Source: Orbicella franksi
Taxonomy: Eukaryota
Assembly (NCBI GenBank): GCA_964199315.1
Contig: OZ116701.1
Span: 7,006,001-7,070,000, forward strand
Length of the DNA stretch: 64,000 bases
Direction of reading: 5' to 3'
Shown here: in pieces, positions 39,517 to 51,144 of the stretch
Position numbering within the stretch: the stretch's first letter is position 1
Layout of the letters: every line of letters starts with the position of its first letter
The notes under the pieces: model-generated
Seen by the model: the letters and a program-made list of their open reading frames with translations, nothing else
The model's database searches: none
What the model was told of the DNA's origin: nothing
Position numbers and translations under genes: made by a program

Positions 39517-39699
39517 CTTGTGCTCGAGAACATAGACAAGACGACCAGGTTACAAAGCTAAGAACGCCAAAGGGCGTTATGGGAAAGACCAAGGCGGCGT
39601 GGCTACCAAGTCTGTTGTCGTACCCAGGTCTTTTATTTCGAGTCAGCACTTTTCAAAGAAAAAATTTTCTTCCAGTTTGTTTTCAAGACGAATGCCTCC
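39517..39699. promoter_or_regulatory. Putative compact bidirectional promoter/5'UTR region between RTF1 and ZFYVE1
   Basis: The two predicted start codons diverge with only 183 bp between them. Confidence 0.55.
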
Positions 39700-42600
39700 A
39701 TGAAAGTAACTCCCAAAATGGCCGCTACATTACCCGATTCCAATGACGTAGATGAAGCTATACCACTAAACCATCCAACAAAGAAATCGTCTGCTCGAAA
39801 GAGCAAAATCAAGGTATACAGTGGACAGAATGCTGATATCGCAATCGAGGACTAATATTTATAGCTTGAATTATTATTTTTAGCGTAACAGCTGGTTTAT
39901 ATAACACCAGGAACTAGTGCTGAAGATTATTTATCTGATTCTGAGATGTTGCCGTGTATTAAGTCTTGATTAACGTTTTGATTTCTACTGTAACACAGGG
40001 AAGTAAATTGCCAACTTCGGAGAAGGCTTCACCATCTTCAGCGGCAGAAAACACCACTACAGATCAAGAGCAAAGAAGCTTCTTGCTACTAGACGAAAAG
40101 GAAAATCTCCAGGTACATCACTGTAGCGTTGGTTTTTGAATAAGCGATATTGATCACTGAACTCGCCGTAGCAACATTACACAGTCGAACAACACATGCG
40201 AGAGATGTTCTTTCTTGTTTTACTGGACCAGTTGAATTGCACTTTGAACCTGAATGTAATTACTCGTGACGTTATACAACAGTGTGTAGGATATTTCTAG
40301 CGTTAGATGCGAGTGTTGTGCTGTTTGTTGTACATAGTAAGTTGCGTAGAGCACTACCACAGACAGGGCACTTTTGCTGCGAAGCCAGGCCTAAGAGAGC
40401 AAATATCTGGCACTTTTTTTAGCCTGGCGGTTCTGACAAATTATTCAGAGATTGTGTCTTTATGTTTTAGTCAGGTTAAAAAAAATCAAACCAGAGAGTC
40501 AAGCTCAATCAAAAATGTTAAACTTATAAGTGTAGTGACTTAACTTCAAATTCGCTGTGTGACTGGTAATCATGAAGAAACATGAAGGTCTGTTCTACAG
40601 CCTTGTCTCATACGAGCCAAGTAGCCCATCAGGTCGGGGCTTATCTCTGGTTTCTGTAACGTGAAGTGATTGGGAGTATTAATTTTACTCCCCCCTGGGT
40701 GAGATGTTATGGGTGGAGAGAGGTACTGTGACAGTAAAGTGTCTTGCCCAAAAACACAACACAATGTCCTCAGCCAGGAATTGAACCCAGACCACTTGAT
40801 CTCAAGATGAGCACACTGCCCATGACACCGTGCCTCCCACCCTTGTAAACTTTGCAGTAATTGGCTACTATCTAGAATAACCAGGTTTATTAAACCCACA
40901 CACTTTTTTGACCTTTTTTAAGGCCATCCCCTTTTGTGTCAGATTTGTAGCAAATTTTATTATTAGTATTTAATAAAATCAAATGAATATACCTCTTCCA
41001 TCTCTGACAGGTGCATACAGTCGATGACTTTATAACAAAGCTCTCGTGTAATGGTGAAACAGGCATGAAAGTTGTATCCATATTTGGTAATACGGGTGAT
41101 GGAAAGTCGCACACCCTAAACCACACATTTTTTGATGGCCAAGAGATATTTCCGACTTCATCATCTCAGCTTTCCTGTACAGTGGGTGTGTGGGCTGCAT
41201 ACGATGATGTCAATCGCGCCATTGTCTTGGATACAGAGGGGTTGTTAGGCATGTCTGGGAACCAGAATCAGCGGACAAGGCTGTTGTTAAAAGTCCTGGC
41301 AATATCTGACATTATCCTGTACAGAACAAGAGCTGAGAGGCTTCATACAGACATGTTCACTTTTCTTGGGGATGCCTCAGATGCGTATCTAAAGCATTTC
41401 ACCAAGGAGCTAAAAGACGCCACTGAAAGATGTCACATGGATGTGCCTCTGTGTAGTTTGGGGCCAGCGGTGATTATTTTTCATGAGACGCAGCATACCC
41501 ACTTGCTTGGAATATCGCAAAATGAGACTAACCCTTCAGGTTGGAAGAGGTTTACAAATAAAAGTTTGTAGAGAGACATGTGTACATTTAATTTAACCTT
41601 TTGCTTCATTTCAGATCTGCAGTTTTAAGTGAAGTGTAGTTATTTTTATTATATTCATATAATTTGCGTGTGCATCATGCGCGCTAACTACATGTTGGAA
41701 ACTAGCTAGTCCCCAGTCGTCTTCATACAACTTTATAAAACATGCGACACAGGGGGAGGTGGGAGCAAAGGATGAGATGGGTTGGGAGAAAGCGGAAGAC
41801 AGCTCCTCTTCAATTCCCTCCTTCCATCACCCCTTGGTTCCCAACCCTGTGCCATGTCACATGTTGTTTGAAGACCACCAGGGATGGGTCAGTGTTGGAA
41901 TGGTTAGACCAATAAGTTTCCAGGTCACATAACTTTAGGGTTTACTGCTAATTACAAAAACTGTAGAATCCATACCAATCACAGGGCTGTCAATAAGGGC
42001 CATAACTTGTAACACCTGTTACGGCCGAGTACGCTTGATTTTCCTGTGAGGCTACTGGTGAAATTGCCTGTTGCTGATAGAATTCAACCACATTGTTAAG
42101 TAACAAGTTTGCTACAGGTGTGGAGAATGAGGCTACAGGTGACTCAAAACTTAATGACAGCCCTGAATTACAATATAATGAGACTGTCGTTGCATGGAAT
42201 AAAGCTCAGACAGTAATTTTCTTGTAAACCTCTTAAGTATGCCATTAATTATAATGCAACCAGGTTCTAACAACTTGTTAGTGGTCAGATCAATGGGTTC
42301 CACTGTTACTGAGTAGAGTAATGCCATCTCACCTGCTACAGGTGCCCTAAGCAACCCCCATTTGGAAGGTGCTTTTCTTTTTTATCATTGTAAATATTTA
42401 ACTTTTTTACTTCATTAGAAACAACAAATGTGAAAAGTCCTGATGAGATTATCAAGGAGAGGTTTGCAGATGTAGGCCGAGTTCCTCGTGCATTCAGCTC
42501 CATCAAATACTTGGGCACAAGGACTGAGTCGCCGCCAACTGACTTCACAGAACTGAAACAAACTGTGAAAGAATGTTTAGCTAACAGCTCTGTTCGTTCA

Positions 42601-45600
42601 TCACGCTCACCTGCCGTCATCTATAAAGCCTTGATGGTAAACCTTTATATTAATTTTCTGTATTAACTGCTATTGTCAATACAAATTACACACAGCTGCA
42701 TTGTTCTACATGTACATAACTTTTTTTTAACCATTGCAGTTTTTTGGTGTTCTAAATTATCAATATTACTCAGTGTACTTTTGTCCATGAAGAAACCAGT
42801 TTATGATCACATGGTGACATTGGACCTTTGGTAGTGGGACCAAGGCTTTTGATTTGAGTTTTGTTGTACAGTTCCTGATTTTGATGTTCACTTGTTTTAA
42901 TTAGCTTCTGAATGAGAAGTTTAGTGGTGGCATTGAGAGAATGATACCTAACACCTTCCCTGATGCATACTTCACCTGCCAGGCAACCTGTCTCTCATGC
43001 AAGTGAGTAGTCTTAAAGTATATGTAACTGGCTTGAGTATCACTGTAGTATAAATTAGTACCATTAGCTAAGGATGAATTTCCCATCCATCCCTCCTTCC
43101 ACCTCCATGCCATACTCTTGTATGTAGCATCAGGTCCTCCTGCTTAAGCTTGGAATCATCTTACGCTTGTCTAGAACACTTGGTGAGTGACTTCGGCGGT
43201 AGCATGAAGGGACTTGAAGACAGTATCATTAATGGCTCCACTGCAGGTTCCTTCTTTCATAATTGCCATACATTCCTTTCCTACTGTGTGATGAGCCTAA
43301 AACTTTGCATGGCCTTTCGCTGGTAAACATATTGTTCATTTAACTGGTCATGGTGTTGAGCATCTTTTAGTCATCTGACTGTTGAGAAGCCATCCCAGAA
43401 ATGTTAGAGCTGTTCTGAAGCCTAGCTATTAAAAGTAATCATCAACCCAATAGAATGGTCAGCATAACCATTAACAGAAATTCTGTGTCCATTGGAAGTA
43501 GCTTTGTGGAGCCATTAAGATGATATGGCCATTACGAAACATTAGAAAGAACTTTTCCATTGCATAGTTGTATTAAATTGCACAATGCAAAAGCCTGTTC
43601 TCTGTCCTACACAAAATGATGACCATTATTAGAACATTAGAACATTAGGCCAGTTCATCTTCCTGCATAGTAAATTAAAGAGTTTTCGCAATCTGAATAT
43701 AACTTTTTCTGTTTTGTCTGAAATGACGCGCACAATGTTAGGCTACAATGTACATAACAAGCTCTTTAAAACTTGCATCGTTTGTTTCCATGGTTACAGT
43801 GCACGCTGTCAAAAAAGCATGAATCATGAAAATGATGAGTCAGCCGAGCATCAAAGTGACGGCAGATGTCACTATCAAGCACAGTATGACAACAGGATAT
43901 TCACTTGCAGGGTAAGCTGCACAGAAAGCTTTCCCTTAGTTAGTTTTTCTTAGCGCAGTAAAGGAAAAAAACCGTGGAAAGTTCTACCGATGAGACTACT
44001 GAGATCTCAGATATGGGGTAAATTTTCTGCAATTTCTTAGCTATTGGTTAAGACCTTCCACATTACGCCAGAGGAATTTGAAAAAGGAAGTTTCACTTCG
44101 CATCACTGAAATGTTTTCCGACCACACTACGCCAGACGAATTTAAAAGCGCAACAATCACCGGTCATTTTGGATTTGTGTTTGAGGAAAACTCGATCAGG
44201 GAAGTCACATGATTATCGCGATGCTATCGTTTTCGAAAAGCTTCGTTTTCAAAATGTTTTGCGTCCACACGAAAACGAAAAGCCGGCGTTTTCAAATTCC
44301 TCCGGTTTGAAGAGCGTTTTCGAAAAGCGCCGTTCTCGTGACGGATTAGTGTGAACGCTAGGCGTAGAAATAAAGCTGCGTTTTCAAAATTCCTCCGGCG
44401 TGGTGTGGAAGATGCCTTAATTTCAGCCCATTTCTGAGTTATCAATGAATTGTGCAGATCGCAGGTATTAGTTGACAGTTAAAATTTTGACCAGCTAAAG
44501 CTCTCTATCGTACTCGATAAATTCCTGACTCACGTACAGTCCGTTGGAAGGTGCAGTTTAATTTCAATTTTTTTCTTCTTTGTTTTTCGTCTTTTCTTCT
44601 TTTCTTATTTCCAAATCACTGACGTTATTATGATTGCACAGCTACTGCGAGCAATGGTATCTAGAAAAACGTGGGCAATGATCTCGGAATCTCGAAATTT
44701 CAGTGACGAGTCACGCGGTCCCGTTTTTTTCTGTGTTTCTTCCTTTCTGTGAGTCTAAATTGATTTAAATCTCAGTCTCGGATTCTCAAACATGGGTCTT
44801 CTCTGTCTCAGCCAATCTCGAATGTTACGATTGCTGTCTCAAGATGATATGTATTGTTTCTTGTTCATTAATAAGGCCTGTTACGAGAGAGGAAAGCAGA
44901 CCGTAGTAGTCCCCAAAATGTGTTCCTCTGGGGATTCTTCTTGGCTGGGCTTTGCCAAATATGCCTGGTCTGGGTAGGTATTTTAGTAAAAGTATAGTGG
45001 CCGTGATATCAGACCTGAGAACTTCATGTATACCGTCGCGTCTACAATAATTTATATATATACTATTTGACTGGGTTTATGAAAACGGTGTTAATGAAAA
45101 ATGCGTTCCTTCTCACCAAGTGAGTCGGGCACTTTGATTTTATGACTTCCAAAAAACGTAGGGTACAAAAAAGACATTACGAGAGTGATATGAAAAAGAA
45201 TTAAGACTGACGTTTCTCTGAATTTTCTATATCGTCCTCTTTCTAGACAGAAGCGAGGAAAAAACGCGTGACACGGGCGAGATTTCATTAACACCGTTTA
45301 AGGTTTTATTGCAAAGTATTGTTTTAAAACGGTTATTTTCATTAAAAATCGCGTTTTTAAGGTGAAAATTGATTAAAAGAATCCAAGCAAATCTCGAGGT
45401 TCTTTTGGCCTCGCTTCGTGGGATTCCTCCAAAAGCTTCCGAAAAGTAACGGATTAACATAACCGATGGCATAGTGGTGGCTAGCTTAAACCAGTAACCA
45501 CAAAAATTGATCTCGAAATTAACGCACAGAGGCTTAATAGAACGTACTTTTATAGCATTGTCGTGCGGTGAGTCCTTGTCGTGCCAGAGAGAAATTCCTT

Positions 45601-48402
45601 GCTGAAGCATGGTTTGGAAAAATTGTTCAACCACTTAAAGTTGAATTTTTCACTAAAGCTGCAAATCCTGTCTGTTGTTTCCCAGGTATGTTCTGGAATG
45701 CGTCGAATGCGGTGTGATTTACCGCAGCCGTCAGTATTGGTTTGGAAATGATGACCCAGTCAACACTGTCGTCAGGACCGAGCTTCGTCACGCGTGGCCT
45801 GGGGTGAGATTCGGTTGTTACGGGAAACTTGGCATGTCCTCCTTATGCGGCGGGCACCAAGAAACCTGTGTTGTCGTCGTTGCCGTTGCTAGGGAGCTTA
45901 AGCAATGACAATAGCGACGCCAGGGACAACGCCTAGTAAAAAATGAAGTTATATTTTACTCTCGAATTTCGTAACTATCTGAAGTTGTTCATCACGCCAA
46001 TCGGTGTAAAAACTTGTTTAAACTAAATATGTAATGCCAGCGATCAATTCCAAAACGAAACTCGAAAAATTAGTCGTCGTGGCCTACATTCTCCAAAATA
46101 TGCAGAAGATGATTATTTCACGTTGCTGTTTTGCAGAGGATGGCAAAGAAATGTACAAAGATTTATAACGCACGTGCATGGCTATTGTTCTACTCATTAA
46201 ACCTTTTACGTTACGTTTTCGTTGCCGTTGCCGTCGTGGTTTGCTTAGGTTTCCTGCTAACTTGGGGGAGGTGGAGGAAGGCTTGGAGAAGCGAAACGGA
46301 ACACCCATAGCTCGTTTGTATCTCGCCTGCTACGCAGCTTAGGCGCCGGGCGGATATGACAACTTAACAGCCATTCAAAAACAAGGAAACACTTTTGAAG
46401 GCCTTTTCCAGGGGTTGGAGGGAGGGAGGGGTTTCAGAGTGTTTGTGAATCTGTGGGTAATTCTATTGATTGAGCAGTATTGTACACCAGAGAAAAAAAT
46501 ATCTGCTTTGAGGAAGAAATCGTGGATGTCCAATTAGCACTTCACATGAAGAGATATCTGGTCTTGATGAATGGTAAAATTAAGCTGCCTTATTGTATCG
46601 TGATTTCAGGACAACTTAGCTCCGCTAGACGGTGGTAACGCGGCGCGGCGACTCTTGGATAATGTCAGTTACGTCACTGAAGCGGTCAGCAGTTTGAGCA
46701 GTCCTTCCAGTAGAGCGCTGACCAATTGGATCACGGACCAAGTGGCCCCGGATTACTGGGTCCCAAACTCCGAAATAACGGTGAGTTTAGAAATTAAAAA
46801 CGCTTCAATTACAAAGTTTTTGAAGCGGCTTGTGTTTGAAAATCAGCAGCAAAAAATACTTGCCTCCAGGTTGCTAGAAATCAGACTGATCAACAGTGAT
46901 CCGATCATCATTGAAGGACAAACGAATACGTCATTGTTTACGTTTTGCCTCATTACCATACGATTTGGCGCACTGAAGGCATCATGCTAGACACGAATTG
47001 ACTCTAAACATTTACATGTAAAGAACTTGTGAAACATGGTAACTGATGAATTTTTCAAATAATACAAAAAGTTTGGATGGCAAAAGCCCTAATGAGCCCA
47101 TACATTGTTTATTGATATATTTTAACCAAGTAAATGAAGAATTACACGGAAAAACTGTCCAATGCATCTCAAAGTTATTACGCCTGGAACTAGCAACACT
47201 ACGTTTACCACAATATTTCACTGCAATCATCCATCTTTTACATTCATTTTCAGGCGTGCCAGTCATGTCGTCGTCTTTTCGCCGATGGGGAGACTAAGCA
47301 CCATTGTCGCGCCTGCGGAGGCGGAGTCTGCGGTGCATGTTCAACCAATAAGAAACCTGTACCAGAACGAGGCTGGGGTCAGGCGCCTGTGCGAGTGTGT
47401 GACAGTTGTTTTGGAAAATCGTCAACAGTAGAGACTCAGCCGCAGCTGGCCTGCGATTTGAGGTACGGTTTACTTTTTAAGTGATGGGAAATCGAACGAT
47501 CGAATTTTCAACTCTCTCTCTCTCTCGAAAAAAAAAATAGATTCAGTAGAACTTGCTGGTCTGATCTTGTGAAATAGAAACCCGGACTTTCAATACTCGG
47601 TTTTAAAAAAGGCTGTGACTGAAGTTACTAAATTTATTAATTTTCGAAAACTGCCGCATTTTGGATGAAGTCTCTGATGTCAATAACATGCACAATACTT
47701 AAATTACAATATTTAGAGACGAAGCCACATCAGTCCTAGCTGGTTTTCACGCGGGTCCTCTCCTGGTCGAACTGGAAGTTACTTGAAATCAGCTCGCTGT
47801 CGCACCTGTGTCGGTTTTGTACGAACTATGATCTTGATCACATTGTGCTCTCAGAAACAAAAATGCTCTCAAAACCTGGCAAAAGAAATCGTAAATCATC
47901 ACTGACATAAAGTTTGTTAAGGTATTTTGCCAGTTTCAGGAACGATTCTTTGCACGTATCTGTCATTACAAATGTTCTCTTTTGTGTTTCATTGATCAGT
48001 GCTTTGTCGGATGCATTAGACGAGGAAACGCCACAAGAAATTGTTCCAATTGAAGAAGATTATAGCCTGTATTCTGATCAGCCGTTTGGGCCCGTCGCTG
48101 CTCGAAAAGTAACAGAAGTCGTCCAATCGGCTGTCGGCATTTTAAAAAGCGCCATGGAATACCCCAAGGAATTGATCACCGACGCGGCCAGACCTGGGTA
48201 CTGGGTACCGGACTCCGACATTGTAACCTGTAGCTGTTGCAATGCTGCTTTCAAGGAAAGTGATACCAAACACCATTGCCGTGCCTGTGGTATGGGCGTG
48301 TGTAGTAACTGTTCAGAAAGTAGGAGACCTGTGCCTTCCAGAGGATGGGATCACCCTGTCAGGGTTTGCGACCAATGCGCCGCCAAGAAGGGACAGCTTT
48401 AG
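39700..48402 (+). CDS. ZFYVE1: Zinc finger FYVE domain-containing protein 1 (DFCP1): P-loop NTPase plus two FYVE domains
   Basis: Exons 39700-39813, 39999-40112, 41011-41539, 42419-about 42636, about 42905-43002, 43800-43912, 44876-44973, 45686-45803, 46610-46780, 47254-47462, 47999-48402. Motifs SFLLLDEKENLQV, KVVSIFGNTGDGKSHTLNHTFF, DTEGLLG, TRLLLKVLAISD, NTFPDAYFTC, APDYWVPNS and two KHHCRACG FYVE domains. Confidence 0.95.
40612..40838 (-). mobile_element. tRNA-related SINE with a central block resembling the CORE domain
   Basis: On the minus strand it contains gacattgtgttgtgtttttgggcaagacactttactgtcacagtacctctctccaccca, similar to the MIR/CORE motif ccttgggcaagtcacttaacctctc. Related copies near 21350-21450, 22900 and 57500. 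Confidence 0.6.
41982..42165. mobile_element. CAGGGCT-ended MITE (hAT-like termini)
   Basis: CAGGGCTGTCA...TGACAGCCCTG perfect 11-bp TIR; flanks aatca/aatta. Confidence 0.8.
43149..43194 (-). other. 46-bp copy of RTF1 coding exon 2 inside a ZFYVE1 intron
   Basis: 41/46 identical to 39280-39325, same orientation, all five differences are transitions. Confidence 0.8.
44051..44417. mobile_element. PIF/Harbinger-like MITE
   Basis: Ends agaccttccacattacgccagaggaatttgaaaa / ttttcaaaattcctccggcgtggtgtggaagatgcct, TTA/TAA flanks, internal repeated ttttcgaaaag/ttttcaaa motifs. Confidence 0.75.
45891..46255. mobile_element. MITE with AGGGAGCTTAAGCAA-type TIRs
   Basis: Left agggagcttaagcaatgac; right gtggtttgcttaggtttcct. 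Confidence 0.7.
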
Positions 48403-49424
48403 GTGTTGGCCAGATTAGTCAGTCAGGCTGGTCGTGGACGTTGTAAACTTACACTTTTCTTTTGTATGTACATAATGAAATTATACAATACATAATCCAG
48501 ATGAATATACCCAAATCTGAAGGAAAAAACTTTTTCAATAGTTAAATTAAACCATACTTATAGGCTTTTATAAGGTTGCGTTCATGTCTTGCGGTGCCAG
48601 CTAGTAGTAAACTCCTCTGAGTACTACCATGTGTAGCCTTTACAGGTATGTGCGGCTGGGAAGAGGGGAGGGGTGATCCCAAATGTAAGCGTTGTTGTTG
48701 TTTGCCATTGTGAGAAGGAGGGCACTCCTATATGCAAAGTATTCCGGCATCTTTTGTGGAATGAGGTGGGGTCTTTGAGGCTATCGGTCCTTAAATAGCG
48801 TATAATTTTTCCCCTTTTGTTATTGTGATTCTGTTGCGATCCTTAAATGGGGGCCTTTACATTCCATTAGCTAAAGAAGTTAACGAGATCGGGTGAAAAG
48901 GGAATTTTTGCAAATATATTTTTTTTATTTTACCCGACGCAGGAGTCGAATATCAAAGAGGACCGGACGCCAGGGGTTTCCTTAGCGTTTTCAGCAGTAG
49001 GACAACTTATTTTCATGGGTGGGCAAAACTATTTGAACTGAGCTTGTAATATAAGGAAAATTTTCCTCTAGATGGTCAAGCCATGGGTTATCCCTCAACA
49101 GGGTCAGGGTTCAAGACGCTTTGTGGCACATAGTCTAAATTAATGTTAGTACCCCGTCCGGGTAGTAGAATATCAAGAAAGCTAGCTAAATAGCGACCAC
49201 CGCAAGCAATCTTTAAAAGAGCGTTTTCGTAAGCGGCCATATTGGTTTTCTCAAGCAAAAGCTTATAGATCCCATGCATTTCATTGTTGGGAGAGCACCA
49301 ACATGGCCGCCATGACGTCATGTGAAAACGCTCCACAGCTGTTATTACTATGCAATATACTGATTAATAATATATAACTATGTAGGTACCAAGTAATGAA
49401 AGACTTATATGACATATGTTTATG

Positions 49425-49485
49425 TGTTTTGTTTTTGTTTTTGTTTTTGTTTTTGTTTTTGTTTTGTTTTTTTGTTTTTGTTTTT
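49425..49485. repeat. (TTTTTG)n microsatellite
   Basis: Direct reading. Confidence 0.9.
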
Positions 49486-51144
49486 CACTATTTTACAGGA
49501 TGAAATCTGAGTTTTTTCTCTTAACCTGCTTTGTGTTTCTCATAATAATATAAACATGAAAAAATACTGCATTCTGATTGGTTAATAAAGGGTGAAGTTT
49601 CCCTGTAACACGAGTGCAGAAAAGTGTAACGCGGGTGCAAAGTTTTAATTCGGGTAAAAATTACAATCATGTACGATTTCCGAAGTTAGTACGAATAATA
49701 CAGACGGAAATCGAAGGACTTTCGAAGGTAGTCGAAGAAAAAAGATTTCCGAACACTTAACAAGACCATCCGAGCACTTCCGAAGATTAAAAGATGGTCG
49801 AGCCTTTGAAAAATTGTGATAACGTATACTGACCCATTATTACTGTAACATCCGATCCGCTGAAGTTAGCATGAAACGAAGGGGATGCATGATTCATTCC
49901 ATTTTCTTAGGACAACAGTACATAATAGGCTTGATTTTCGCCGCTCTCTATCGTACCGAAGTTTCGACTTTCGCACAATGCAATGCAATCACGTCAAACT
50001 GCCAGACATTAATCATGAATTTATAACAATACTTATAACAATACTCTATAACAATACCCTCTCAGCTACGCCTCAATGACTCGATAGGTCTTTCGTTGAC
50101 AAAGACGTCAAGCAACATTACAAAATGAAATGATGTGGAGGCTTCATAGTCGCCACTTTTTTTCGTTAAAACGACTTTTCAACGCCCGAAAAAGGCGAGT
50201 CATTTCTAATCTGGGCCTCTTAGTAAAGCTTTTCATTATGCCGGTCGAAATTAATGACGAAGCACCGTCGAAGTGTAAGAGAGAGTTTTTAGCACCGTCA
50301 GTCGCTCAACGAGATTATGTGTTGCTTTCGAATTGGTACCTCTTAGGGGTGAAAAAAATTCAAGCCACGCCCACAAAACAGGATCTTGGTACCTGTTAGG
50401 GGTTTTTTTTCAAAATTTCCGACGGGCACCCCCGTCCTTTTTATATGGGAAGTTCCCCCCGGGCAGGCTACCCGCTCTGATCTTCCGGATATCGCAGTCG
50501 CAATTCCGTCTCCCTGCCCATAGGGAGGAAACAAGTGAATGGGTCGACTCTGTTGCCGGCCCCTTAGGTACAGTGAGCAGGAGTTTTCCCGGCATTTTAT
50601 TAAGCCAGGTAAAACTTTTATTTTGCGCAGGAGTTTTGTGTCAAATCACGATTGTTGAAAGTTTGTCAACTATTTTTGTTTTCTTTTTTAGCAACGTAAC
50701 TTAAGCAAACTGGCCCATGGTGTAAAGGAGAATTCTGATTGCTTCTCTGATCTGAGCGGTCTGAATTTTGCAACATGATTACTTTTCAACTGGGAATTCT
50801 TCGTCGAATTTCTCATGCCTTCATATCTTTACTCTTATTTTTTATTTATTTACTTATTTATTTTTTTTTAAATTTCATCATTTGAATCTTCCAAGTTCTT
50901 TAACACATCACCAGATGAAATTTCGATATCATGAACCGAAAATGTCCAATGTCTCCGTGAAATAAATAATGACCAGATGACATGCTAAGCCTTCCTAGAG
51001 TGACTGAAACAGCGGTTACTCAGCGATAACTCCAATGGTTAGGTACCTGGTTACCAAGCATTTTGTAACGCTGACTGAAAACCACATGCATGCAAAATTG
51101 CAATGTAAATATCATACACGAAAAAAATCATTCCGAGCTGCATC

